Positions 16,718-25,827 of a stretch of DNA of 32,000 nucleotides are shown one piece after another (positions within the stretch are counted from its first letter, which is position 1; each line of letters begins with the position of its first letter). The stretch spans positions 1,740,001 through 1,772,000 of the forward strand of contig NZ_CP042905.2 of assembly GCF_008000775.2 (NCBI RefSeq), in the 5' to 3' direction. Origin of the DNA: Promethearchaeum syntrophicum (lineage in GTDB: Archaea > Asgardarchaeota > Lokiarchaeia > Sigyniarchaeales > Promethearchaeaceae). The position numbers were made by a program, and so were the translations under genes. The notes beneath the pieces were generated by a model, which was given only the letters and a program-made list of their open reading frames with translations, was not told the origin of the DNA and did not search any database.

Positions 16718-17260
16718 GTGAATTATATGGAATGGCATGAATGGGTTCTTTGGATAATTGCAGTGTTGGGTTTTCTCCTCTCATTAATAAATGGCATTTA
16801 TAACATAAAAAAATCAACACCACGCTTAAGAATCACGTTTGAGGCGAAAGATTCAAAAATGATAATATTGAAAAACTTAAGTGATGAGATTTTTATCATT
16901 AGAACATTAAAATTTATTTTATACAAAAAAAAATATAATTATTATCTATTTCCAGTGAATGGTGATTTTACATTTAGTAGTTTTAGCATTCCTCCAAAAA
17001 AAGTGAATTATAATGATGTACATGATTTCTATGAATTGAATAAATATATTAAAACTCAAAAATTGAAATATCCAATAAAATACAAAATAGAAGCATTGGA
17101 TGATTCAGATAAAAAATATTACTCGAAAACGAGAATTCTAATATCATCCGATGAAGAAAAGTATGATTTAGATGATAGATTATTTCATTCCTTTTTCACT
17201 GCTCAATTTCGGGTTTTTTTCTTGAGGATAAAAAATTATTTAGAAAAATATAAAAAATGA
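16718..17260 (+). CDS. Hypothetical N-terminally membrane-anchored protein in a very AT-rich islet
   Basis: TM segment WVLWIIAVLGFLLSLINGI. The probable start is ATG 16727 rather than GTG 16718. No family recognised. Confidence 0.45.
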   Translation: MNYMEWHEWVLWIIAVLGFLLSLINGIYNIKKSTPRLRITFEAKDSKMIILKNLSDEIFIIRTLKFILYKKKYNYYLFPVNGDFTFSSFSIPPKKVNYNDVHDFYELNKYIKTQKLKYPIKYKIEALDDSDKKYYSKTRILISSDEEKYDLDDRLFHSFFTAQFRVFFLRIKNYLEKYKK

Positions 17261-17446
17261 TCCATATTCATGGAACTGATCAATAGGTGTTCCTCAACTC
17301 TGCCACAACTACCTCTTATCTTCAAATTATATCTTATCCCTACGGGAACAGCTTCTCTATAATGATCGAAGTTTTTTGAGTTCATAACAGATAAAAAAAA
17401 AGCTACATAAAAAATCAAAAATAAGGTCAATTTCATTGGAATTTCT

Positions 17447-20400
17447 TCAAACCATACTTATTATGAAATACTCAATCCGATTAATCAATTTAAGAAGATT
17501 TTTTTCTTTAGTTGAGTCGGTTTCTTTAATCCATTGGTATCTCTCCCGAAATTTATCTATAAGTCCATCGGTTTGTGGATTGTTTTCAATTTTTTCCATA
17601 GCTTTTTCCCACCCCGCTTTAAGAAATTCATACGATTCTTTGAATTCCCCTTTTTCATATAGCATCCTGCAAGGAACTATGATTTCGCTCAGTTCGAGGT
17701 CAAATTCGTCCATCCATTCATCATTAGGGATTTTTTGTGAAGGGGGATTTTTTGGGGGAATAGTCGCAGGTAACACGGTAGGATCTTTCATTGGTTCCCT
17801 TTCCTGGATAACCGAATCGTCAGGAATAATGATCAGATTATCTTCGGACTGATCGAATTCATCTTCCTTAATACAATCTCGGGCTTTCACGGTGAGTTTA
17901 TACCCCGTGATCTCGAAACTTTTCCCGCCTACTGTCTTTTCTTCTACCAAATAGCCTAATTTTCTAAGATTGTCAAATATCCCCATAATTGATTTCTGGG
18001 TAGCTGCAAGTTCTCCATGGGAATTTTCCGCAAACAATTCACTGAGATGGGTAACGATTTGATCCTTTGTCAGATAGGGCAACTGGTCCAATTTAAGGAC
18101 ACTACTTCTGAGAAAAAGCAGCAGATTCTTATTAATGTGGGTGTCAGGAAAATCAGATTCTAAAAGGGTTTTGGGTTGGGTGATTTCCTCTGCATCGAGC
18201 AGTTGCGGAGGAGTTAATTGGAAATCGTGGATTTTCGTTGCGCTAATTCTGGTCATGTGAGGAGATTCAAAATACTTTGCCAAATTAAACTGGAAGACAT
18301 ACGGGGTGATATATTTCGGTCTGAGCACAATACATTTATCGGGATCAATGGTGGACAAATAATGGGATTGATAGGACACTTTTCTAGACGATCCTTGTAA
18401 ATGTTGGATATTGGTAAAATTTTCATCAAAATTCATAAACCCGTTAAGAATTCTTAGATTTGATTCCATCTGAGTCCGAAAGATAAATCTGTTCTTAAAA
18501 AGATTCAATACTGTGGGGTGGATTTCACTAATATTGGTTCCTGCTCCTACTAAGATATGCTGTTGTTTAATAAGTTGGAAAAGTGTGGAGTTAACCTGTG
18601 TATTTTGACGCATTTCGATTCTATTATTAAAAAGAATATCAAGCGCGGGAAGGACTATAGTTCTCGGAATTCTTTTTTGATTTTTGATCTCATCCAAATC
18701 CATTTCATAGATATATTGATATTGGGCTAGAAAGGCTTGAATAAACAGATTCTTTATATTATTGTCGTTTAAGATCTCCAAATTAATGATGAGGGTGGAA
18801 GCATTATCGGTTACGCCATCAAAGGGAATCCATTTTTGGATCGGGGTATCAAATGTCTTAACGAGAAAATCTTTTTGCAGCATATTCAAATCCGCATAGA
18901 CGGGATTTTGGTTTTTATAGTAATTTTTAATCCCATCCCCTTCAATGGAGATTTTATCACATACAGCCGAAATGGTAATATGGGTAGTATGGTCCACCGA
19001 TCCCCATGCGGATTTAAGGAGGGCTAATTGCCCATCGTGGTAGTGGAATACGCGCCCAAACACATCAATGATAGACGAAATATAGGATATGAAGGTTGGC
19101 CCTCGTTGATTATGAGGGAGGTCAAACAGTTCAATCCCAATATTTTCTCCCGCGGTTAAATACGTAATATTATTCACTGTGTTGTGTTTTTCGAGATGAC
19201 CAACCAAATGTTTCCAGGTCCCATCCCAATCAAATATTAGACAAGGAAATCGATGGGCTAAAAGCTCCGCCACACACCGAATTAATCCTTTTTGGGTATT
19301 TTTGTATGACTCTCCTAAGAAAAGGACATTTTCCTGTAATTCATTAAATGATATGCCTCCTGGGGTTTCGAGTGATATATTTTCAGGATTAAACGCATGT
19401 CCAAAAATAATTTCATCTTGAAGAAGGGGGGTAGAAAACTCCCCAGCGTAGTTTATCGGTAAAAATTTATGGATTTCTTCGGGAAGGGCGATAAACGGGA
19501 CCAGGGAAATGCCCGTTGTAAAATGGAGATTTAATAGGGAATTAAACGTGGAATACAGGCGCGCTTTGGTTAAATATTGATATATGATATTTGGTTTAAT
19601 AGACACGATTCCACAATTGGGAAATGCCATTTCGAACAGAGGCAAAAACGTATTCTGCAGGATTTTTGAATTCGTGATTAAATCCTTATCAGAGACTTCG
19701 ACCACATTCTGGTCTCTTACCATCCCGATCGAAAAGATTGGTTGGAAAAAATAAAACCCGCAATTTTGTCTTTCCAGCGAATTTCGTAAATGAGGTTTTT
19801 CTGACCATTTCTCCCAAAAATCACTAGATAATAATTGTTTAAACCGATTCATAGAACTGATCCGACGGGTATGAAATTGGATGGACACCGAGAAATTTCC
19901 AGATACAACATGATGAAGTAAAGATCTGTAAAATTTGACTTGATTAAACAAAAACGCTTTATTGAACGTGGTCATGCTGTAGTGCAGTTTTGAATATATC
20001 TTCTTCTTAAAATAATCATAAAAATGCAGACTTTTTCCCAATTTATGATAGAGAAATTCCCCTGAGGGAAACATATCAATCATGCTAAAATTTGCATCAT
20101 GAAATTCTAAGAAGTTGTTCCACCAGAAGTTAAGAACCATTAGAAGACATAAAATAAGAGACAAGAAAATCATAATAAAATATAGAATTCTGTTGTCGAT
20201 GCGGTATGTTAAGTACCACAAAACCCCTAAATTTCCCAAAAACCCCAGAATGGGGCGAATCCAAAGAATCCACCCTTTTTGATTTGGAGGCGAATTTAAT
20301 ATAGAATCTTTTTTAATGTGTTCATATCTTTTTCCTGTAATTGAACCTCGCAACGAATTAATTAATTCACCCCCAAATAAAGCGGAAAATTTGAAATGGG

Positions 20401-21151
20401 CGAAATTGGTTTCCAGAACGTTTAAAATCGAAATATAACTTTGCTTCATTGTATATAATAAGTTATCTATGGTGTGTTTAGAGGGAAATCGATAGGTTCT
20501 CGTGATGAAAATCGTATATTCAAACACCGTCTGAGCATCTCTATTTACTGTCTCGTTTTTTAAATTTTTTATTCTATCCCCGTAAATTGAATTCATATTT
20601 GACGTATCCGCTTCCACATTCTTGAGATCAATTTGAAAAGTCAGCGGAATATTCGTCTTTAATGAATAGAGAACTCGGAGGAAATTCTCAAAATTTGATT
20701 GGATATGGAGCGCGGTAGATCTGAGAGCAAGCCCCATGACCGCCACGACTTTATGATTGGATCGATTGGAAAAGAGCATAAGATTACCATTTTTCGGATG
20801 GACGGGTTGAGATGGATGTTTAATTACCGATCGAGCAGGATCTAACGAAATTTCGGCAATATACGTACGGAGAGAAGGGAGATGGACTCTCTGTATACTC
20901 CGTCCAAAGAATTTCGGAGAAAAATGAAGCGATTGATCGGAGAAAAATACAAATAAATTAAGTATGATCAAAACTCCCGACATCCCTGCCAATGTGGCGG
21001 GTTTGATATGAGGAAGAGCTAAGGCATATATCCAAATAATTCCAATCAAAGATAATAAATACCCAAATATGGATTTTCGTATCGGGGATTTAAAATAATC
21101 TTTATATTCTAACGGATCATAATTCAGGGTTTTTTTAGGAATTTTCTCCAT
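17447..21151 (-). CDS. 1234-aa membrane protein with a FtsK/HerA/VirB4-like domain lacking canonical Walker A, and a C-terminal winged-helix-like segment
   Basis: There are two TM hairpins (aa ~28-70 and ~293-344). ENVLFLGESYKNTQKGLIRCVAELL..CLIFDWDGTW and HILVGAGTNISEIHPTVLNLFKNRFIFRT follow the HerA/VirB4 P-loop layout, but no GK[ST] is present. LRKLGYLVEEKTVGGKSFEITGYKLT is wHTH-like. The CDS call is solid; the domain call is tentative. Confidence 0.8.
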   Translation of the reverse strand: MEKIPKKTLNYDPLEYKDYFKSPIRKSIFGYLLSLIGIIWIYALALPHIKPATLAGMSGVLIILNLFVFFSDQSLHFSPKFFGRSIQRVHLPSLRTYIAEISLDPARSVIKHPSQPVHPKNGNLMLFSNRSNHKVVAVMGLALRSTALHIQSNFENFLRVLYSLKTNIPLTFQIDLKNVEADTSNMNSIYGDRIKNLKNETVNRDAQTVFEYTIFITRTYRFPSKHTIDNLLYTMKQSYISILNVLETNFAHFKFSALFGGELINSLRGSITGKRYEHIKKDSILNSPPNQKGWILWIRPILGFLGNLGVLWYLTYRIDNRILYFIMIFLSLILCLLMVLNFWWNNFLEFHDANFSMIDMFPSGEFLYHKLGKSLHFYDYFKKKIYSKLHYSMTTFNKAFLFNQVKFYRSLLHHVVSGNFSVSIQFHTRRISSMNRFKQLLSSDFWEKWSEKPHLRNSLERQNCGFYFFQPIFSIGMVRDQNVVEVSDKDLITNSKILQNTFLPLFEMAFPNCGIVSIKPNIIYQYLTKARLYSTFNSLLNLHFTTGISLVPFIALPEEIHKFLPINYAGEFSTPLLQDEIIFGHAFNPENISLETPGGISFNELQENVLFLGESYKNTQKGLIRCVAELLAHRFPCLIFDWDGTWKHLVGHLEKHNTVNNITYLTAGENIGIELFDLPHNQRGPTFISYISSIIDVFGRVFHYHDGQLALLKSAWGSVDHTTHITISAVCDKISIEGDGIKNYYKNQNPVYADLNMLQKDFLVKTFDTPIQKWIPFDGVTDNASTLIINLEILNDNNIKNLFIQAFLAQYQYIYEMDLDEIKNQKRIPRTIVLPALDILFNNRIEMRQNTQVNSTLFQLIKQQHILVGAGTNISEIHPTVLNLFKNRFIFRTQMESNLRILNGFMNFDENFTNIQHLQGSSRKVSYQSHYLSTIDPDKCIVLRPKYITPYVFQFNLAKYFESPHMTRISATKIHDFQLTPPQLLDAEEITQPKTLLESDFPDTHINKNLLLFLRSSVLKLDQLPYLTKDQIVTHLSELFAENSHGELAATQKSIMGIFDNLRKLGYLVEEKTVGGKSFEITGYKLTVKARDCIKEDEFDQSEDNLIIIPDDSVIQEREPMKDPTVLPATIPPKNPPSQKIPNDEWMDEFDLELSEIIVPCRMLYEKGEFKESYEFLKAGWEKAMEKIENNPQTDGLIDKFRERYQWIKETDSTKEKNLLKLINRIEYFIISMV

Positions 21152-21170
21152 AACAACATTGATAGCCCAT

Positions 21171-21208
21171 CCTTATAAAAACAAAAAAAATCAATGCGAT
21201 TTTAAATA
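21171..21208. promoter_or_regulatory. Back-to-back divergent TATA boxes
   Basis: The minus strand reads TTTTTATAAGG (21171-21182), 25 nt from ATG 21151. The plus strand reads TTTTAAATA (21200-21208), 29 nt from ATG 21233. Confidence 0.45.
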
Positions 21209-21232
21209 GAAACAATTTTAATAGTTTTTATC

Positions 21233-23029
21233 ATGGATCCCTTCTACGTAAAAGTGGATGAAATTAAACACACTGTCGAGGAAAAGAACTATGAATTATC
21301 GTTAAGCCTCTATTCGGTATTAATCGAGACCTTCACGGAACCCTATCATGAATTTGAGATAAAACGCCTCAATCTAGATAAGCTCATGGCGACAGTATCG
21401 AAAAAATATTTTAAGAGGCAATTAGATGAAAATATCACATATTGCCAAGACATGATTAAAAATAATGATGTTGAGCAAGCTAAAATTTATTTGGATAAAG
21501 CCAAGAAAAGTTTAGGGAATTTAAATAGCAAATTCATTATATCTCAAAAAATAAAATTAAGAAAATTAAAAAAGGAAATCGCGATATTAGAAACCCCGCT
21601 TGATGTGTATCCTGAACCCGACTTAGACGAGTGTATTGATGATAAGCTTGTTCAAACGATTATTCCCGAATTTGATGAAAAATATTATAAGGCCACCTCG
21701 GAGTTGGTGGATGGATCGCTCAAACAAAATGGCTATTCCCGAATTAAAATCATACCAGAATCATTAATATTGGAGAATATTTATCGGTCTTTCGACCATC
21801 TCTATTATAAAATTCATAACGATCCTGAAGACGAACCGGCATTACTCTCGTTAATTTTCGTAAAGGTGGAATCCTCAAAGGGCAATATCAATTTAAGATA
21901 TCCCGAAGTTGATTATAAACCCATGGAACAAATGGGAAGTGCCGAAAGACACGTGATTCTCAATGATGTGGTGCATTTTCCGATTAGGATATTTAAACAT
22001 CTACTAACCACCATGGCCCAAAAAGACTACGAATCTTTTCGGATCACCACGGAAATATTTGAGGATTTACTCGTCAAAGTCTTTCCCCATGCAGAAATCC
22101 TTCAACATCCTCTTCGTGTAAAAAGTGGAGCTAAACAAATGGAAATCGATGCCCATGGTATAATTCTCTTAAAAAAATCCCTCTATCAAACTCAACTTCC
22201 AGGGCTACGATCGGATCATATCTATTTTCTAACGCAAGCTAACCTGCAACCCTTCATCGATTTTGAGGATAAAAAATATTTCGCATATATTTCAGCCAAA
22301 AAAGAGACCATCGAAAATTATGATTCCCCCAAACAAAAACACGGATTCTTCTCCCGCCAGTCCAAAATAGGATTTATCATTACCCCCCTCTTATTTATAT
22401 CTGCGCTGGCGGCGTTCTTGAACCAAGAACTCTTAACCCCGTTTCTGATTTTTGATTCAGTGTTAGCGATATTGACGGTGGGGCATGGAATATTCCAAAA
22501 AATTTTCGGGGAGGCAGAGTTATACAGGATAAGTGAATGGTGTATTCTTTCCCGCGACATCCGAAAATGGGACAAAGTCTTCGGGTTTCTTGCCGATGAA
22601 CATACAATAAATCTAATAAGTGCAGAATGTTCGAATTTCGGCAATCATCAAACATTAAGGGATCCCAAGAAGTTTACCCTCCCCTTTCTTCATAATTTTT
22701 CCCTGAAGATGTTCTTAAAAAGAAAAAAACTTCAAAAATATTACATAGATCCTGCAACAACGAAGATTAAGACCAAAAGCAAAGAATTCGGGCAAAAAAT
22801 CAAAGAGAAAACGATCAAAATATCAACCACATTAAAAAAGAAACCATCAAGATCTCCGCATCCCCCTAAGTTCAAAATAAAACACGTAAGAGACAGAGGG
22901 AAATCCACCACATTTTCTTCAACGAAACCTAAAATGCACATCAAGAAAAGAAGGAAGTTACCCTCCCCGTCTCCTCTATCGAGAAATTCAATCAAATTAA
23001 CATCGATCAATTCGTTTTTGGAGGATTAA
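21233..23029 (+). CDS. Hypothetical 598-aa protein with a central TM hairpin and a Lys/Pro-rich basic tail
   Basis: Hydrophobic GFIITPLLFISALAAFL...FLIFDSVLAILTVGHGIF. The tail is KKKPSRSPHPPKFKIKHVRDRGK. The segment FEDLLVKVFP...AKQMEIDAHGIILLKKS loosely resembles a restriction-endonuclease-like core, which is weak evidence. Confidence 0.75.
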   Translation: MDPFYVKVDEIKHTVEEKNYELSLSLYSVLIETFTEPYHEFEIKRLNLDKLMATVSKKYFKRQLDENITYCQDMIKNNDVEQAKIYLDKAKKSLGNLNSKFIISQKIKLRKLKKEIAILETPLDVYPEPDLDECIDDKLVQTIIPEFDEKYYKATSELVDGSLKQNGYSRIKIIPESLILENIYRSFDHLYYKIHNDPEDEPALLSLIFVKVESSKGNINLRYPEVDYKPMEQMGSAERHVILNDVVHFPIRIFKHLLTTMAQKDYESFRITTEIFEDLLVKVFPHAEILQHPLRVKSGAKQMEIDAHGIILLKKSLYQTQLPGLRSDHIYFLTQANLQPFIDFEDKKYFAYISAKKETIENYDSPKQKHGFFSRQSKIGFIITPLLFISALAAFLNQELLTPFLIFDSVLAILTVGHGIFQKIFGEAELYRISEWCILSRDIRKWDKVFGFLADEHTINLISAECSNFGNHQTLRDPKKFTLPFLHNFSLKMFLKRKKLQKYYIDPATTKIKTKSKEFGQKIKEKTIKISTTLKKKPSRSPHPPKFKIKHVRDRGKSTTFSSTKPKMHIKKRRKLPSPSPLSRNSIKLTSINSFLED

Positions 23030-23032
23030 ATT

Positions 23033-23185
23033 ATGATATGTGAAAAAATGAGACGATATGAGCCCCCAACCGTTGTCCAATGCCCGTATTGCAAACAGCG
23101 AATTTTTGTGCGCAATCCTGGTCTTCTTTACTATTCTTGTAATAAATGTGGGCGGAACTTTTCTTCCTTCGGAAATATCTATTAG
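23033..23185 (+). CDS. 50-aa zinc-ribbon protein (below the ORF-track size cutoff)
   Basis: GGAGGA at 23020-25 lies 7 nt before ATG 23033. It translates to MICEKMRRYEPPTVVQCPYCKQRIFVRNPGLLYYSCNKCGRNFSSFGNIY, with CPxC...CxxCG. Confidence 0.5.
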   Translation: MICEKMRRYEPPTVVQCPYCKQRIFVRNPGLLYYSCNKCGRNFSSFGNIY

Positions 23186-23360
23186 AAATTACATTTCCTA
23201 TGATCAGAATAATCAAATAAAGAAAAAATACAAAAATCAAGGATAGAAAGAACGAAAAAATTTAGTCAGCTCCAAGGTAATTCTTATTCTCAATTTCTTT
23301 CCTTCTTTTCTTAATAAAAACGATAACATAATTAGTAAGTGAAACACTTAATAGTTGATT

Positions 23361-23370
23361 TTTTAAATAT
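23361..23370 (+). promoter_or_regulatory. TATA box
   Basis: TTTTAAATAT is centred ~25 nt upstream of ATG 23390. Confidence 0.4.
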
Positions 23371-23389
23371 TTTGTTAGGGCAAAATATC

Positions 23390-24394
23390 ATGATGAACAT
23401 ATATCTGGAAAAAAAACTAGTATACGGAAACCGAGCATCTATTAAATTGTGGAATTTTAATAATGACAATATCGTTGATTATTTTAAGAATAGATTTAGT
23501 TCATATCTGTCTGAATTGGGATTATCTTGGCATCCTTTTATACATCCAGAAAACCATATTGCAGTAAAAAATGTACAAACTAAAAAGAACGATTTCTTTA
23601 TTGATATCAACCACAGTTGTTGTGAAGGCGAAGAATGGCGTTATCTAAATTTTGATATGAATCACCTTATATTTTTTGATATATCAGATAAAGAAAAAGA
23701 ATTCAGAGTTCTAAATCAGTTTAATGAAAGAATTAAACCAAAAAACAAGTCTAATGAAATACTTAACATAGATGAAACCAATACAGAGTTTTTCCTCAAT
23801 CCATCGTTCGTTCTTATCTTATATGATTCGACAAATGAATCAGGAAATTATCACCTACCTGAATCCTATTCACTTTACATTCCATCATATTCTGATTTAA
23901 ATATTATTGGACAAAAACACTTTGATATCCAAGGTTTTTATGACTGGCTTTACAAATCCACTTTTAGAAAGACCAGGGGTGTAATACAAGAAAGAAATCC
24001 TAAAGTTTTAAAAATGTTTAAAGATTTTCATGATAAATCTCCTGCTAAAGATATAAATATTATTGTAGCTCACATTGCTAGATATAAAACTGATAATATG
24101 GAAAATATTAACGATAAATCACGATTATCTCAGATTTTGAATCATTTTTCACAGAGTGAACTGAAAAAAATGGGAGAAGAATTACAATTAACAAAAATTC
24201 CGATGAGAAAGAAACAATTAATAAAATCTCTTGTCGATTTATCAGATCAACCTAATAATAGAGACAACATTATGAAAATTTGCATGAGTTGTTTGCAAAA
24301 GGAAGCCCAAATTCTTAAATCAAGCAAAAAAATGAAAGAATTTGTATCTCAATTTGAAAATATGCTTGGTGTTAAAAATCTAAAGAAAAAATAA
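23390..24394 (+). CDS. Hypothetical protein (334 aa) in a very AT-rich islet
   Basis: The ORF listed from GTG 23339 has an in-frame ATG-ATG at 23390 at leaderless distance from the TATA box. No family recognised. Confidence 0.55.
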   Translation: MMNIYLEKKLVYGNRASIKLWNFNNDNIVDYFKNRFSSYLSELGLSWHPFIHPENHIAVKNVQTKKNDFFIDINHSCCEGEEWRYLNFDMNHLIFFDISDKEKEFRVLNQFNERIKPKNKSNEILNIDETNTEFFLNPSFVLILYDSTNESGNYHLPESYSLYIPSYSDLNIIGQKHFDIQGFYDWLYKSTFRKTRGVIQERNPKVLKMFKDFHDKSPAKDINIIVAHIARYKTDNMENINDKSRLSQILNHFSQSELKKMGEELQLTKIPMRKKQLIKSLVDLSDQPNNRDNIMKICMSCLQKEAQILKSSKKMKEFVSQFENMLGVKNLKKK

Positions 24395-24412
24395 AACCCT
24401 AATCCCAAAAAC

Positions 24413-25147
24413 CTAATTTTTTACAGATCGGAACCTTCGAAAGAAATTACTCCTTTGTTTGACGGAAAATTCATCAAGAAAATATTGTTCTCTTCGGGTT
24501 AATTCGATTTTCTGGGATTTTCTTCTAAAATACTCTTTCATATATTTCTCAAATATCTTGATCTTATCATACAATACCGAAGGAGAGATGAAATCAAAAT
24601 AAAAATCTAATTGATCGACGGAAAGCCATTCATCTTCAAAATTCGCGGCAAAATATATGGAGGTTATGGCAAAAGTTCGGTATTCCCCAGGCAATACAAA
24701 ATTATTTCTGATCATCGTAGATAATGCGATGGCTTTTTTTTGGATTTCGCGACTTAACCCCACCAAATCGCAGATGTTTCTTATATGATCATTAAGCGAA
24801 TGATTAATCGGTTTCAAATCGAGCTCTTGGCAAAATGTAGCATATAATCTGAGATGATTTGAAAGATGGTGAGTGGCCCGAATATCCAGGGTGGTTTTGA
24901 TCGTTCTCAGCGAGAGATATAATTTTTCTTCTAAATTGAGCCTGTAAAAACATATCGCTAATAACATTTTATCGTGAATATTGTTAAATTGCTGTGTTTT
25001 TCGGGCATTTTCAAATAATTCCACAATTCTGCGAGAGTAAATGGGAGAAAGCTGGAGATGGAAAATTAGATTAAATACTTTTTCTTCGATGTGGCTTCTT
25101 TCCACATTCTTGGAATTCCCATTATATTTAGTTAAAATCTGACTCAT
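24413..25147 (-). CDS. TFIIB-core-like (two cyclin-fold repeats) protein lacking the N-terminal Zn ribbon
   Basis: LQLSPIYSRRIVELFENARK...LLAICFYRLNL...LRLYATFCQELDLKP...DHIRNICDLVGLSREIQKKAIALSTMI...FAITSIYFAANF follows the TFB core repeat pattern with no CxxC pairs. ATG 25147 is preferred over TTG 25165 because it sits 25 nt below a TATA box. Confidence 0.6.
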   Translation of the reverse strand: MSQILTKYNGNSKNVERSHIEEKVFNLIFHLQLSPIYSRRIVELFENARKTQQFNNIHDKMLLAICFYRLNLEEKLYLSLRTIKTTLDIRATHHLSNHLRLYATFCQELDLKPINHSLNDHIRNICDLVGLSREIQKKAIALSTMIRNNFVLPGEYRTFAITSIYFAANFEDEWLSVDQLDFYFDFISPSVLYDKIKIFEKYMKEYFRRKSQKIELTRREQYFLDEFSVKQRSNFFRRFRSVKN

Positions 25148-25167
25148 GAAAGAAGAAGAAATCAATG

Positions 25168-25176
25168 ATATTTAAA
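25168..25176 (-). promoter_or_regulatory. TATA box for the TFIIB-core-like gene
   Basis: The minus strand reads TTTAAATAT, centred 25 nt upstream of ATG 25147. Confidence 0.4.
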
Positions 25177-25226
25177 GAGCAAATGCGACAGAAAGAAAAT
25201 TCGAAAAAGCCAAAAAGCAAAAAAAA

Positions 25227-25421
25227 TCAGAAATAGATTCTCGAGGATTTTCCGCTCAGTAGACATATTAAAATCCCTACCCCTATCAGAATTTCTGTCG
25301 ATCCAATCCAGGTAATAGACCGAGTTTGTGCAAGAATAAAATTCTTTAACCCCTGAAATACGACCAAAATGCCTATTAGGATTATGCAAAACATAATCGG
25401 TGAACTTGACGATAGTCTCAT
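25227..25421 (-). CDS. Possible small two-TM membrane protein (64 aa)
   Basis: ATG 25421 lies 25 nt below the minus-strand TTTTTAAATC. There are two hydrophobic stretches, IMFCIILIGILVVF and ILIGVGILICLL. It competes with the overlapping 87-aa TTG-initiated frame. Confidence 0.3.
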   Translation of the reverse strand: MRLSSSSPIMFCIILIGILVVFQGLKNFILAQTRSITWIGSTEILIGVGILICLLSGKSSRIYF

Positions 25422-25440
25422 ACAAGATATTCGTTGGGAG

Positions 25441-25478
25441 GATTTAAAAAAACGGAATTCATTAGGGTTTTATATATT
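25441..25478. promoter_or_regulatory. Divergent TATA boxes
   Basis: The minus strand reads TTTTTAAATC (25441-50). The plus strand reads TTTTATATATT (25468-78), 25 nt upstream of ATG 25498. Confidence 0.4.
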
Positions 25479-25497
25479 CATCTTTTAATAACTAATT

Positions 25498-25827
25498 ATG
25501 TCATCCCAAAATGCAAATTACGTCGTAAAAATGAACACAGCCCTGAGTAATAAACCGTTTTTTGTCAAAATCACGGATCCGAATATATCAATTTCCCGAA
25601 ATTTTTCCGAAGCAATTTTCGTCCTTAGAAATACAGGAAGACCGTTGGAAAGTGATCAATTCCACCAACTTTTTGAACATCATCAAATTTTTTATAGTGG
25701 AAAAACAGTACAAAAAGGAGAATTCTTTCGGGATTTATCTACAATAAGCCAAAATATTAATGAACAGAACATGACGTTGGTGGAACTGGATTTAGTTTCA
25801 AGTCATTCAGGAGGGAAAAATAAATGA
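25498..25827 (+). CDS. Hypothetical protein (109 aa)
   Basis: ORF at leaderless distance from a TATA box. Its stop overlaps the next start (ATGA). Confidence 0.5.
   Translation: MSSQNANYVVKMNTALSNKPFFVKITDPNISISRNFSEAIFVLRNTGRPLESDQFHQLFEHHQIFYSGKTVQKGEFFRDLSTISQNINEQNMTLVELDLVSSHSGGKNK

Noticed and set aside
17236-17436. 66-aa minus-strand ORF just downstream of the 1234-aa gene
   Set aside because: It contains a T9 run (17393-17401) that looks like the terminator of the upstream gene. It overlaps the convergent gene's end, and its sequence is unconvincing after the hydrophobic start.
17436-17852. 138-aa + strand ORF
   Set aside because: It lies entirely antisense to the 3' end of the 1234-aa gene, and its Ser/Ile-rich composition is low-complexity.
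17885-17940. GGKS in ...EEKTVGGKSFEITG... as a possible Walker A of the 1234-aa protein
   Set aside because: It lies in the C-terminal winged-helix-like segment, far from the P-loop-like core. It is not preceded by a beta strand or a GxxxxGK context.
3053-21151. The possibility that the SIR2 gene and the HerA-like gene form a canonical SIR2-HerA defence pair
   Set aside because: They are ~12 kb apart on opposite strands with many unrelated genes between them. The HerA-like domain also lacks Walker A, whereas known SIR2-HerA systems are adjacent and ATPase-competent.
23031-23246. 62-aa + ORF (23058-23246) and 69-aa - ORF (23031-23240)
   Set aside because: Both overlap the 50-aa frame, which has a GGAGGA RBS and a four-Cys zinc-ribbon pattern. 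Neither has an RBS, a promoter or a motif of its own.
24154-24240. SAP/HeH-like helix-linker-helix (SELKKMGEELQLTKIPMRKKQLIKSLVDL) in the 334-aa ORFan
   Set aside because: The resemblance is a single short, low-complexity match in Lys-rich sequence. It is too weak to call without a profile search.
25162-25425. 87-aa TTG-initiated ORF overlapping the TFIIB-core-like gene start
   Set aside because: The downstream gene has its own TATA box and an ATG at 25147. The alternative 64-aa frame starts with an ATG at the correct distance from a TATA box. The call remains uncertain.
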